This document shows, piece after piece, positions 15,500 to 31,700 of a stretch of DNA of 64,000 nt; the stretch's first letter is position 1, and each line of letters opens with the position of its first letter. Location of the stretch: positions 15,004,001 to 15,068,000 of the forward strand of contig OZ024744.1 of the NCBI GenBank assembly GCA_964016885.1, in the 5' to 3' direction. A model generated the notes under the pieces. It was not told the DNA's origin and ran no database searches. It saw only the letters and a program-made list of their open reading frames with translations. The translations under genes and the position numbers were made by a program. This DNA comes from Eledone cirrhosa. Taxonomy: Eukaryota.

Positions 15500-18400
15500 A
15501 GCAATATGTAATGTATATTACTCCAGCAATATGTAATATATATTACTCCAGCAATATGTAATGTAGATTACTCAAGCAATATGTAATGTATATTACTCCA
15601 GCAATATGTAATGTAGATTACTCCAGCAATATGTAATGTAGATTAATTCAGCAATATGTAATGTAGATTACTCCAGCAATATGTAATGTAGATTACTCCA
15701 GCAATATCTAATGTATATTACTTCAGCAATATGTAATGTAGATTACTCCAGCAATATGTAATGTATATTACTCCAGCAATATGTAATGTAGATTACTCCA
15801 GCAACATTTAGTGCATATTACTCCAGCAATATGTAATGTATATTACTCCAGCAATATGTAATGTAGATAACTCCAGCAATATGTAATGTAGATTACTCCA
15901 GCAATATGTAATGTATATTACTCCAGCAATATGTAATGTATATTACTCCAGCAATATGTATTGTAGATTACTTCAGCAATATGTAATGTATATTACTTCA
16001 GCAATATGTAATGTATATTAGTCCAGCAATATGTAATGTATATTACTCCAGCAATATGTAATGTATATTACTCCAGCATTATGTAATGTAGATTACTTCA
16101 GCAATATGTAATGTATATTACTCCAGCAACATGTAATGTAGATTACTCCAACAATATGTAATGTAGATTACTCCAGCAATATGTAATGTAGATTACTTCA
16201 GCAATATGTAATGTATATTACTCCAGCAATATGTAATGTAGATTACTCCAGCAATATGTAGTGCATATTACTCCAGCAATATGTAATGTATATTACTCCA
16301 GCAATATGTAATTTAGATTACTCCAGCAATATGTAATGTATATTACTCCAGCAATATGTAATGTAGATTACTCCAGCAATATGTAGTGCATATTACTCCA
16401 GCAATATGTAATGTAGATTACTCCAGCAATATGTAATGTAGATTACTTCAGCAATATGTAATATAGATTACTCCAGCAATATGTAATGTAGATTACTGCA
16501 GCAATATGTAGTGTAGATTACTTCAGCAATATCTAATTTAGATTACTCCAGCAATATGTAATGTAGATTACTCCAGCAATATGTAATGTAGATTACTCCA
16601 GCAATATGTAATGTAGATTACTTCAGCAATATGTAATATAGATTACTCCAGCAATATGTAATGTAGATTACTCCAGCAATATGTAATGTATATTACTTCA
16701 GCAATATGTAATGTAGATTACTCCATCAATATGTAATGTAGATTACTTCAGCAATAGATAATGTAGATTACTCCAGCAATATGTAATGTAGATTACTCCA
16801 GCAATATGTAATGTATATTACTCCAGCAACATGTAATGTAGATTACTCCCGCAATATCTAATGTATATTACTCCAGCAATATGTAATTTAGATTACTCCA
16901 GCAATATGTAATGTATATTACTCCAGCAATATGTAATGTAGATTACTTCAGCAATATGTAATGTATATTACTCCAGCAATATATAATGTAGATTACTCCA
17001 GCAATATGTAATGTAGATTACTCCAGCAATATGTAATGTATATTACTCCAGCAATATGTAATGTATATTACTTCAGCAATTTGTAATGTAGATTACTCCA
17101 GCAATATGTAATGTATATTACTCCAGCAATATGTAATGTAGATTACTCCAGCAATATGTAGTGCATATTACTCCAGCAATATGTAATGTAGATTACTCCA
17201 GCAATATGTAATGTAGATTACTTCAGCAATATGTAATGTAGATTACTCCAGCAATATGTAATGTAGATCACTCCAGCAATATGTAATGTATATTACTCCA
17301 GCAATATGTAATATATATTACTCCAGCAATATGTAATGTAGATTACTCGAGCAATATGTAATGTATATTACTCCAGCAATATGTAATGTAGATTACTCCA
17401 GCAATATGTAATGTAGATTAATTCAGCAATATGTAATGTAGATTACTCCAGCAATATGTAATGTAGATTACTCCAGCAATATGTAATGTAAATTACTTCA
17501 GCAATATGTAATGTATATTACTTTAGCTATATGTAATGTATATTACTCCAGCAATATGTAATGTAGATTACTCCAGCAATATGTAATGTAGATTACTCCA
17601 GCAATATGTAATGGATATTACTTCAGCAATATGTAATGTAGATTACTCCAGCAATATGTAATGTATATTACTCCAGCAATATGTAATGTAGATTACTCCA
17701 GCAACATTTAGTGCATATTACTCCAGCAATATGTAATGTATATTACTCCAGCAATATGTAATGTAGATAACTCCAGCAATATGTAATGTAGATTACTCCA
17801 GCAATATGTAATGTATATTACTCCAGCAATATGTAATGTATATTACTCCAGCAATATGTATTGTAGATTACTTCAGCAATATGTAATGTATATTACTTCA
17901 GCAATATGTAATGTATATTACTCCAGCAATATGTAATGTATATTACTCCAGCAATATGTAATGTATATTACTCCAGCATTATGTAATGTAGATTATTTCA
18001 GCAATATGTAATGTATATTACTCCAGCAACATGTAATGTAGATTACTCCAGCAATATGTAATGTAGATTACTCCAGCAATATGTAATGTATATTACTTCA
18101 GCAATATGTAATGTAGATTACTCCAGCAATATGTAATGTAGATTACTTCAGCAATATGTAGTGTAGATTACTCCAGCAATATGTAATGTAGATTACTCCA
18201 GCAACATGTAGTGCATATTACTCCAGCAATATGTAATGTAGATTACTCCAGCAATATGTAATGTATATTACTCCAGCAATATGTAATGTAGATTACTCCA
18301 GCAATATGTAATGTAGATTACTCCAGCAATATGTAATGTATATTACTCCAGCAATATGTAATGTAGATTACTCCAGCAATATGTAGTGCATATTACTCCA

Positions 18401-21400
18401 GCAATATGTAATGTATATTACTCCAGCAATATGTAATTTAGATTACTCCAGCAATATGTAATGTATATTACTCCAGCAATATGTAATGTAGATTACTTCA
18501 GCAATATATAATGTAGATTACTCCAGCAATATGTAATGTATATTACTCCAGCAATATGTAATGTAGATTACTCCAGCAATATGTAGTGCATATTACTCCA
18601 GCAATATGTAATGTAGATTACTCCAGCAATATGTAATGTAGATTACTTCAGCAATATCTAATTTAGATTACTCCAGCAATATGTAATGTAGATTACTCCA
18701 GCAATATGTAATGTAGATTACTCCAGCAATATGTAATGTAGATTACTCCAGCAATACGTAATGCATATTACTCCAGCAATATGTAATGTAGATTACTCCA
18801 GAAATATGTAATGTAGATTAGTCCAGCAATATGTAATGTAGATTACTCTAGCAATATGTAATGTAGATTACTTCAGCAATAGATAATGTAGATTACTCCA
18901 GCAATATGTAATGTAGATTACTCCAGCAATATGTAATGTATATTACTCCAGCAACATGTAATGTAGATTACTCCCGCAATATCTAATGTATATTACTCCA
19001 GCAATATGTAATTTAGATTACTCCAGCAATATGTAATGTATATTACTCCAGCAATATGTAATGTAGATTACTTCAGCAATATGTAATGTATATTACTCCA
19101 GCAATATATAATGTAGATTACTCCAGCAATATGTAATGTAGATTACTCCAGCAATATGTAATGTATATTACTCCAGCAATATGTAATGTATATTACTTCA
19201 GCAATTTGTAATGTAGATTACTCCAGCAATATGTAATGTAGATTACTCCAGCAATATGTAGTGCATATTACTCCAGCAATATGTAATGTAGATTACTCCA
19301 GCAATATGTAACGTAGATTACTTCAGCAATATGTAATGTAGATTACTCCAGCAATATGTAATGTAGATCACTCCAGCAATATGTAATGTATATTACTCCA
19401 GCAATATGTAATATATATTACTCCAGCAATATGTAATGTAGATTACTCGAGCAATATGTAATGTATATTACTCCAGCAATATGTAATGTAGATTACTCCA
19501 GCAATATGTAATGTATATTACTCCAGCAATATGTAATGTAGATTACTCCAGCAATATGTAATGTAGATTACTCCAGCAATATGTAGTGTAGATTACTTCA
19601 GCAATATCTAATGTAGATTACTCCAGCAATATGTAATGTAGATTACTTCAGCAATATGTAATGTATATTACTCCAGCAATATGTAATGTAGATTACTTCA
19701 GCAATATGTAATGTATATTACTCCAGCAATATGTATTGTAGATTACTTCAGCAATATGTAATGTATATTACTCCAGCAATATGTAATGTATATTACTCCA
19801 GCAATATGTAATGTAGATTACTCCAGCAATATGTAATGTATATTACTCCACCTATATGTAATGTAGATTACTGCAGCAATATGTAGTGTAGATTACTTCA
19901 GCAATATCTAATTTAGATTACTCCAGCAATATGTAATGTAGATTACTCCAGCAATATGTAATGTAGATTACTCCAGCAATATGTAATGTAGATTACTCCA
20001 GCAATATGTAATGCATATTACTCCAGCAATATGTAATGTAGATTACTCCAGAAATATGTAATGTAGATTAGTCCAGCAATATGTAATGTAGATTACTCCA
20101 GCAATATGTAATGTAGATTACTCCAGCAATATGTAATGTAGATTACTCCAGCAATATGTAATGTAGATTACTCCAGCAATATGTAATGTATATTACTTCA
20201 GCAATATGTAATGAAGATTACTCCAGCAATATGTAATGTAGATTACTTCAGCAATAGATAATGTAGATTACTCCAGCAATATGTAATGTAGATTACTCCA
20301 GCAATATGTAATGTATATTACTCCAGCAATATGTAATGTATATTACTTCAGCAATTTGTAATGTAGATTACTCCAGCAATATGTAATGTATATTACTCCA
20401 GCAATATGTAATGTAGATTACTCCAGCAATATGTAGTGCATATTACTCCAGCAATATGTAATGTAGATTACTCCAGCAATATGTAATGTAGATTACTTCA
20501 GCAATATGTAATGTAGATTACTCCAGCAATATGTAATGTAGATCACTCCAGCAATATGTAATGTATATTACTCCAGCAATATGTAATATATATTACTCCA
20601 GCAATATGTAATGTAGATTACTCAAGCAATATGTAATGTATATTACTCCAGCAATATGTAATGTAGATTACTCCAGCAATATGTAATGTAGATTAATTCA
20701 GCAATATGTAATGTAGATTACTCCAGCAATATGTAATGTAGATTACTCCAGCAATATCTAATGTATATTACTTCAGCAATATGTAATGTAGATTACTCCA
20801 GCAATATGTAATGTATATTACTCCAGCAATATGTAATGTAGATTACTCCAGCAACATTTAGTGCATATTACTCCAGCAATATGTAATGTATATTACTCCA
20901 GCAATATGTAATGTAGATAACTCCAGCAATATGTAATGTAGATTACTCCAGCAATATGTAATGTATATTACTCCAGCAATATGTAATGTATATTACTCCA
21001 GCAATATGTATTGTAGATTACTTCAGCAATATGTAATGTATATTACTTCAGCAATATGTAATGTATATTACTCCAGCAATATGTAATGTATATTACTCCA
21101 GCAATATGTAATGTATATTACTCCAGCATTATGTAATGTAGATTACTTCAGCAATATGTAATGTATATTACTCCAGCAACATGTAATGTAGATTACTCCA
21201 ACAATATGTAATGTAGATTACTCCAGCAATATGTAATGTAGATTACTTCAGCAATATGTAATGTAGATTACTCCAGCAATATGTAATGTATATTACTCCA
21301 GCAATATGTAATGTAGATTACTCCAGCAATATGTAGTGCATATTACTCCAGCAATATGTAATGTATATTACTCCAGCAATATGTAATTTAGATTACTCCA

Positions 21401-24400
21401 GCAATATGTAATGTATATTACTCCAGCAATATGTAATGTAGATTACTCCAGCAATATGTAGTGCATATTACTCCAGCAATATGTAATGTAGATTACTCCA
21501 GCAATATGTAATGTAGATTACTTCAGCAATATGTAATATAGATTACTCCAGCAATATGTAATGTAGATTACTGCAGCAATATGTAGTGTAGATTACTTCA
21601 GCAATATCTAATTTAGATTACTCCAGCAATATGTAATGTAGATTACTCCAGCAATATGTAATGTAGATTACTCCAGCAATATGTAATGTAGATTACTCCA
21701 GCAATATGTAATGCATATTACTCCAGCAATATGTAATGTAGATTACTCCAGAAATATGTAATGTAGATTAGTCCAGCAATATGTAATGTAGATTACTCCA
21801 GCAATATGTAATGTAGATTACTCCAGCAATATGTAATGTAGATTACTCCAGCAATATGTAATGTAGATTACTCCAGCAATATGTAATGTATATTACTTCA
21901 GCAATATGTAATGTAGATTACTCCATCAATATGTAATGTAGATTACTTCAGCAATAGATAATGTAGATTACTCCAGCAATATGTAATGTAGATTACTCCA
22001 GCAATATGTAATGTATATTACTCCAGCAACATGTAATGTAGATTACTCCCGCAATATCTAATGTATATTACTCCAGCAATATGTAATTTAGATTACTCCA
22101 GCAATATGTAATGTATATTACTCCAGCAATATGTAATGTAGATTACTTCAGCAATATGTAATGTATATTACTCCAGCAATATATAATGTAGATTACTCCA
22201 GCAATATGTAATGTAGATTACTCCAGCAATATGTAATGTATATTACTCCAGCAATATGTAATGTATATTACTTCAGCAATTTGTAATGTAGATTACTCCA
22301 GCAATATGTAATGTATATTACTCCAGCAATATGTAATGTAGATTACTCCAGCAATATGTAGTGCATATTACTCCAGCAATATGTAATGTAGATTACTCCA
22401 GCAATATGTAATGTAGATTACTTCAGCAATATGTAATGTAGATTACTCCAGCAATATGTAATGTAGATCACTCCAGCAATATGTAATGTATATTACTCCA
22501 GCAATATGTAATATATATTACTCCAGCAATATGTAATGTAGATTACTCGAGCAATATGTAATGTATATTACTCCAGCAATATGTAATGTAGATTACTCCA
22601 GCAATATGTAATGTAGATTAATTCAGCAATATGTAATGTAGATTACTCCAGCAATATGTAATGTAGATTACTCCAGCAATATGTAATGTATATTACTTCA
22701 GCAATATGTAATGTATATTACTTTAGCTATATGTAATGTATATTACTCCAGCAATATGTAATGTAGATTACTCCAGCAATATGTAATGTAGATTACTCCA
22801 GCAATATGTAATGGATATTACTTCAGCAATATGTAATGTAGATTACTCCAGCAATATGTAATGTATATTACTCCAGCAATATGTAATGTAGATTACTCCA
22901 GCAACATTTAGTGCATATTACTCCAGCAATATGTAATGTATATTACTCCAGCAATATGTAATGTAGATAACTCCAGCAATATGTAATGTAGATTACTCCA
23001 GCAATATGTAATGTATATTACTCCAGCAATATGTAATGTATATTACTCCAGCAATATGTATTGTAGATTACTTCAGCAATATGTAATGTATATTACTTCA
23101 GCAATATGTAATGTATATTACTCCAGCAATATGTAATGTATATTACTCCAGCAATATGTAATGTATATTACTCCAGCATTATGTAATGTAGATTATTTCA
23201 GCAATATGTAATGTATATTACTCCAGCAACATGTAATGTAGATTACTCCAGCAATATGTAATGTAGATTACTCCAGCAATATGTAATGTATATTACTTCA
23301 GCAATATGTAATGTAGATTACTCCAGCAATATGTAATGTAGATTACTTCAGCAATATGTAGTGTAGATTACTCCAGCAATATGTAATGTAGATTACTCCA
23401 GCAACATGTAGTGCATATTACTCCAGCAATATGTAATGTAGATTACTCCAGCAATATGTAATGTATATTACTCCAGCAATATGTAATGTAGATTACTCCA
23501 GCAATATGTAATGTAGATTACTCCAGCAATATGTAATGTATATTACTCCAGCAATATGTAATGTAGATTACTCCAGCAATATGTAGTGCATATTACTCCA
23601 GCAATATGTAATGTATATTACTCCAGCAATATGTAATTTAGATTACTCCAGCAATATGTAATGTATATTACTCCAGCAATATGTAATGTAGATTACTTCA
23701 GCAATATATAATGTAGATTACTCCAGCAATATGTAATGTATATTACTCCAGCAATATGTAATGTAGATTACTCCAGCAATATGTAGTGCATATTACTCCA
23801 GCAATATGTAATGTAGATTACTCCAGCAATATGTAATGTAGATTACTTCAGCAATATCTAATTTAGATTACTCCAGCAATATGTAATGTAGATTACTCCA
23901 GCAATATGTAATGTAGATTACTCCAGCAATATGTAATGTAGATTACTCCAGCAATATGTAATGCATATTACTCCAGCAATATGTAATGTAGATTACTCCA
24001 GAAATATGTAATGTAGATTAGTCCAGCAATATGTAATGTAGATTACTCTAGCAATATGTAATGTAGATTACTTCAGCAATAGATAATGTAGATTACTCCA
24101 GCAATATGTAATGTATATTACTCCAGCAACATGTAATGTAGATTACTCCCGCAATATCTAATGTATATTACTCCAGCAATATGTAATTTAGATTACTCCA
24201 GCAATATGTAATGTATATTACTCCAGCAATATGTAATGTAGATTACTTCAGCAATATGTAATGTATATTACTCCAGCAATATATAATGTAGATTACTCCA
24301 GCAATATGTAATGTAGATTACTCCAGCAATATGTAATGTATATTACTCCAGCAATATGTAATGTATATTACTTCAGCAATTTGTAATGTAGATTACTCCA

Positions 24401-24700
24401 GCAATATGTAATGTATATTACTCCAGCAATATGTAATGTAGATTACTCCAGCAATATGTAGTGCATATTACTCCAGCAATATGTAATGTAGATTACTCCA
24501 GCAATATGTAATGTAGATTACTTCAGCAATATGTAATGTAGATTACTCCAGCAATATGTAATGTAGATCACTCCAGCAATATGTAATGTATATTACTCCA
24601 GCAATATGTAATATATATTACTCCAGCAATATGTAATGTAGATTACTCGAGCAATATGTAATGTATATTACTCCAGCAATATGTAATGTAGATTACTCCA
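15500..24700. repeat. Large duplication, offset about 5050-5200 bp (202-208 monomers)
   Basis: Rare markers: CCAACAAT 16149/21199 (offset 5050); CCATCAAT 16721/21921; ATGGATAT 17611/22811; GATTATTT 17991/23191; ACTCTA after TAGTC 18841/24041 (all offset 5200). Boundaries are approximate. Confidence 0.88.
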
Positions 24701-25199
24701 GCAATATGTAATGTAGATTAATTCAGCAATATGTAATGTAGATTACTCCAGCAATATGTAATGTAGATTACTCCAGCAATATGTAATGTAGATTAATTCA
24801 GCAATATGTAATGTAGATTACTCCAGCAATATGTAATGTAGATTACTCCAGCAATATGTATTGTATATTACTCCAGCAATATGTAATGTAGATTACTCCA
24901 GCAACATTTAGTGCATATTACTCCAGCAATATGTAATGTATATTACTCCAGCAATATGTAATGTAGATAACTCCAGCAATATGTAATGTAGATTACTTCA
25001 GCAATATGTAATGTATATTACTCCAGCAATATGTAATGTAGATTACTTCAGCAATATGTAATGTATATTACTCCAGCAATATGTAATGTATATTACTCCA
25101 GCAATATGTAATGTATATTACTCCAGCATTATGTAATGTAGATTACTTCAGCAATATGTAATGTATATAACTCCAGCAACATGTAATGTAGATTACTCC

Positions 25200-28100
25200 A
25201 GCAATATGTAATGTAGATTACTCCAGCAATATGTAATGTATATTACTTCAGCAATATGTAGTGTAGATTACTCCAGCAATATGTAATGTAGATTACTTCA
25301 GCAATATGTAATGTAGATTACTCCAGCAATATGTAATGTATATTACTCCAGCAATATGTAATGTAGATTACTCCAGCAATATGTAGTGCATATTACTCCA
25401 GCAATATGTAATGTATATTACTCCAGCAATATGTAATTTAGATTACTCCAGCAATATGTAATGTATATTACTCCAGCAATATGTAATGTAGATTACTTCA
25501 GCAATATATAATGTATATTACTCCAGCAATATGTAATGTAGATTACTCCAGCAATATGTAATGTAGATTACTCCAGCAATATGTAATGTATATTACTCCA
25601 GCAATAGGTAATGTAGATTACTCCAGCAATATGTAGTGCATATTACTCCAGCAATATGTAATGTAGATTACTCCAGCAATATGTAATGTAGATTACTTCA
25701 GCAATATGTAATATAGATTACTCCAGCAATATGTAATGTAGATCACTCCAGTAATATGTAATGTAGATTACTCCAGCAATATGTAATGTAGATTACTCCA
25801 GCAATATGTAATGTAGATTACTCCAGCAATATGTAATGTATATTACTCCAGCAATATGTAATGTGTATTACTCCAGCAATATGTAATGTATATTACTCCA
25901 GCAATATGTAATGTAGATTACTCCAGCAATATGTAATGTAGATTACTTCAGCAATATGTAATGCATATTACTCCAGCAATATGTAATGTAGATTACTTCA
26001 GCAATATGTAATGCATATTACTCCACCTATATGTAATGTAGATTACTGCAGCAATATGTAGTGTAGATTACTTCAGCAATATCTAATTTAGATTACTCCA
26101 GCAATATGTAATGTAGATTACTCCAGCAATATGTAATGCATATTACTCCAGCAATATGTAATGTAGATTACTCCAGAAATATGTAATGTAGATTAGTCCA
26201 GCAATATGTAATGTAGATTACTCCAGCAATATGTAATGTAGATTACTCCAGCAATATGTAATGTAGATTACTCCAGCAATATGTAATGTATATTACTTCA
26301 GCAATATGTAATGTAGATTACTCCAGCAATATGTAATGTAGATTACTTCAGCAATAGATAATGTAGATAACTCCAGCAATATGTAATGTAGATTACTCCA
26401 GCAATATGTAATGTATATTACTCCAGCAACATGTAATGTAGATTACTCCCGCAATATCTAATGTATTTTACTCCAGCAATATGTAATTTAGATTACTCCA
26501 GCAATATGTAATGTATATTACTCCAGCAATATGTAATGTAGATTACTTCAGCAATATGTAATGTATATTACTCCAGCAATATATAATGTAGATTACTCCA
26601 GCAATATGTAATGTAGATTACTCCAGCAATATGTAATGTATATTACTCCAGCAATATGTAATGTATATTACTTCAGCAATTTGTAATGTAGATTACTCCA
26701 GCAATATGTAATGTATATTACTCCAGCAATATGTAATGTAGATTACTCCAGCAATATGTAGTGCATATTACTCCAGCAATATGTAATGTAGATTACTCCA
26801 GCAATATGTAATGTAGATTACTTCAGCAATATGTAATGTAGATTACTCCAGCAATATGTAATGTAGATCACTCCAGCAATATGTAATGTATATTACTCCA
26901 GCAATATGTAATATATATTACTCCAGCAATATGTAATGTAGATTACTCGAGCAATATGTAATGTATATTACTCCAGCAATATGTAATGTAGATTACTCCA
27001 GCAATATGTAATGTAGATTAATTCAGCAACATGTAATGTAGATTACTCCAGCAATATGTAATGTAGATTACTCCAGCAATATGTAATGTATATTACTTCA
27101 GCAATATGTAATGTATATTACTTTTAGCTATATGTAATGTATATTACTCCAGCAATATGTAATGTAGATTACTCCAGCAATATGTAATGTAGATTACTCC
27201 AGCAATATGTAATGTATATTACTTCAGCAATATGTAATGTAGATTACTCCAGCAATATGTATTGTATATTACTCCAGCAATATGTAATGTAGATTACTCC
27301 AGCAACATTTAGTGCATATTACTCCAGCAATATGTAATGTATATTACTCCAGCAATATGTAATGTAGATAACTCCAGCAATATGTAATGTAGATTACTCC
27401 AGCAATATGTAATGTATATTACTCCAGCAATATGTAATGTATATTACTCCAGCAATATGTATTGTAGATTACTTCAGCAATATGTAATGTATATTACTTC
27501 AGCAATATGTAATGTATATTACTCCAGCAATATGTAATGTATATTACTCCAGCAATATGTAATGTATATTACTCCAGCATTATGTAATGTAGATTACTTC
27601 AGCAATATGTAATGTATATTACTCCAGCAACATGTAATGTAGATTACTCCAGCAATATGTAATGTAGATTACTCCAGCAATATGTAATGTATATTACTTC
27701 AGCAATATGTAATGTAGATTACTCCAGCAATATGTAATGGAGATCACTTCAGCAATATGTAATGTAGATTACTCCAGCAATATGTAATGTATATTACTCC
27801 AGCAATATGTAATGTAGATTACTCCAGCAATATGTAGTGCATATTACTCCAGCAATATGTAATGTATATTACTCCAGCAATATGTAATTTAGATTACTCC
27901 AGCAATATGTAATGTATATTACTCCAGCAATATGTAATGTAGATTACTTCAGCAATATATAATGTATATTACTCCAGCAATATGTAATGTAGATTACTCC
28001 AGCAATATGTAATGTAGATTACTCCAGCAATATGTAATGTAGATCACTCCAGTAATATGTAATGTAAATTACTCCAGCAATATGTAATGTAGATTACTCC

Positions 28101-31100
28101 AGCAATATGTAATGTAGATTACTCCAGCAATATGTAATGTATATTACTCCAGCAATATGTAATGTGTATTACTCCAGCAATATGTAATGTATATTACTCC
28201 AGCAATATGTAATGTAGATTACTTCAGCAATATGTAATGTAGATTACTCAAGCAATATGTAATGTAGATTACTTCAGCAATATGTAATGTATATTACTTC
28301 AGCAATATGTAATGTAGATTACTCTAGCAACATGTAATGTAGATTACTTCAGCAATATGTAATGTATATTACTTCAGCAATATGTAATGTAGATTACTCC
28401 AGCAATATGTTATGCATATTACTCCAGCAATATGTAATGTAGATTACTCCAGCAATATGTAGTGCATATTACTCCAGCAATATGTAATGTATATTACTCC
28501 AGCAATATGTAATTTAGATTACTCCAGCAATATGTAATGTATATTACTCCAGCAATATGTAATGTAGATTACTCCAGCAATATGTAATGTATATTACTTC
28601 AGCAATATGTAATGTAGATTACTCCAGCAATATGTAATGTAGATTACTTCAGCAATATGTAATGTAGATTACTCCAGCAATATGTAATGTATATTACTCC
28701 AGCAATATGTAATGTAGATTACTCCAGCAATATGGAGTGCATATTACTCCAGCAATATGTAATGTATATTACTCCAGCAATATCTAATTTAGATTACTCC
28801 AGCAATATGTAATGTATATTACTCCAGCAATATGTAATGTAGATTACTTCAGCAATATATAATGTATATTACTCCAGCAATATGTAATGTAGATTACTCC
28901 AGCAATATGTAATGTAGATTACTCCAGCAATATGTAATGTATATTACTCCAGCAATAGGTAATGTAGATTACTCCAGCAATATGTAGTGCATATTACTCC
29001 AGCAATATGTAATGTAGATTACTCCAGCAATATGTAATGTAGATTACTTCAGCAATATGTAATATAGATTACTCCAGCAATATGTAATGTAGATCACTCC
29101 AGTAATATGTAATGTAGATTACTCCAGCAATATGTAATGTAGATTACTCCAGCAATATGTAATGTAGATTACTCCAGCAATATGTAATGTATATTACTCC
29201 AGCAATATGTAATGTGTATTACTCCAGCAATATGTAATGTATATTACTCCAGCAATATGTAATGTAGATTACTCCAGCAATATGTAATGTAGATTACTTC
29301 AGCAATATGTAATGCATATTACTCCAGCAATATGTAATGTAGATTACTTCAGCAATATGTAATGCATATTACTCCACCTATATGTAATGTAGATTACTGC
29401 AGCAATATGTAGTGTAGATTACTTCAGCAATATCTAATTTAGATTACTCCAGCAATATGTAATGTAGATTACTCCAGCAATATGTAATGCATATTACTCC
29501 AGCAATATGTAATGTAGATTACTCCAGAAATATGTAATGTAGATTAGTCCAGCAATATGTAATGTAGATTACTCCAGCAATATGTAATGTAGATTACTCC
29601 AGCAATATGTAATGTAGATTACTCCAGCAATATGTAATGTATATTACTTCAGCAATATGTAATGTAGATTACTCCAGCAATATGTAATGTAGATTACTTC
29701 AGCAATATGTAATGTATATTACTCCAGCAATATATAATGTAGATTACTCCAGCAATATGTAATGTAGATTACTCCAGCAATATGTAATGTATATTACTCC
29801 AGCAATATGTAATGTATATTACTTCAGCAATTTGTAATGTAGATTACTCCAGCAATATGTAATGTATATTACTCCAGCAATATGTAATGTAGATTACTCC
29901 AGCAATATGTAGTGCATATTACTCCAGCAATATGTAATGTAGATTACTCCAGCAATATGTAATGTAGATTACTTCAGCAATATGTAATGTAGATTACTCC
30001 AGCAATATGTAATGTAGATCACTCCAGCAATATGTAATGTATATTACTCCAGCAATATGTAATATATATTACTCCAGCAATATGTAATGTAGATTACTCG
30101 AGCAATATGTAATGTATATTACTCCAGCAATATGTAATGTAGATTACTCCAGCAATATGTAATGTAGATTAATTCAGCAATATGTAATGTAGATTACTCC
30201 AGCAATATGTAATGTAGATTACTCCAGCAATATGTAATGTATATTACTTCAGCAATATGTAATGTATATTACTTTTAGCTATATGTAATGTATATTACTC
30301 CAGCAATATGTAATGTAGATTACTCCAGCAATATGTAATGTAGATTACTCCAGCAATATGTAATGTATATTACTTCAGCAATATGTAATGTAGATTACTC
30401 CAGCAATATGTATTGTATATTACTCCAGCAATATGTAATGTAGATTACTCCAGCAACATTTAGTGCATATTACTCCAGCAATATGTAATGTATATTACTC
30501 CAGCAATATGTAATGTAGATAACTCCAGCAATATGTAATGTAGATTACTCCAGCAATATGTAATGTATATTACTCCAGCAATATGTAATGTATATTACTC
30601 CAGCAATATGTATTGTAGATTACTTCAGCAATATGTAATGTATATTACTTCAGCAATATGTAATGTATATTACTCCAGCAATATGTAATGTATATTACTC
30701 CAGCAATATGTAATGTATATTACTCCAGCATTATGTAATGTAGATTACTTCAGCAATATGTAATGTATATTACTCCAGCAACATGTAATGTAGATTACTC
30801 CAGCAATATATAATGTAGATTACTCCAGCAATATGTAATGTATATTACTTCAGCAATATGTAATGTAGATTACTCCAGCAATATGTAATGTAGATCACTT
30901 CAGCAATATGTAATGTAGATTACTCCAGCAATATGTAATGTATATTACTCCAGCAATATGTAATGTAGATTACTCCAGCAATATGTAGTGCATATTACTC
31001 CAGCAATATGTAATGTATATTACTCCAGCAATATGTAATTTAGATTACTCCAGCAATATGTAATGTATATTACTCCAGCAATATGTAATGTAGATTACTT

Positions 31101-31700
31101 CAGCAATATATAATGTATATTACTCCAGCAATATGTAATGTAGATTACTCCAGCAATATGTAATGTAGATTACTCCAGCAATATGTAATGTAGATCACTC
31201 CAGTAATATGTAATGTAGATTACTCCAGCAATATGTAATGTAGATTACGCCAGCAATATGTAATGTAGATTACTCCAGCAATATGTAATGTATATTACTC
31301 CAGCAATATGTAATGTGTATTACTCCAGCAATATGTAATGTATATTACTCCAGCAATATGTAATGTAGATTACTTCAGCAATATGTAATGTAGATTACTC
31401 AAGCAATATGTAATGTAGATTACTTCAGCAATATGTAATGTATATTACTTCAGCAATATGTAATGTAGATTACTCTAGCAACATGTAATGTAGATTACTT
31501 CAGCAATATGTAATGTATATTACTTCAGCAATATGTAATGTAGATTACTCCAGCAATATGTTATGCATATTACTCCAGCAATATGTAATGTAGATTACTC
31601 CAGCAATATGTAGTGCATATTACTCCAGCAATATGTAATGTATATTACTCCAGCAATATGTAATTTAGATTACTCCAGCAATATGTAATGTATATTACTC
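25200..31700. repeat. Tandem duplication, offset 3351 bp falling to 3151 bp after an 8-monomer deletion in copy 2
   Basis: AATAGGT units at 25599/28950; GCATATTACTCCACCT at about 26024/29375; a shared +1 T insertion CTTTTAGCT at 27121/30272. The ATAGATA...CCCGC segment (about 26350-26550) is absent from copy 2. Confidence 0.9.
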
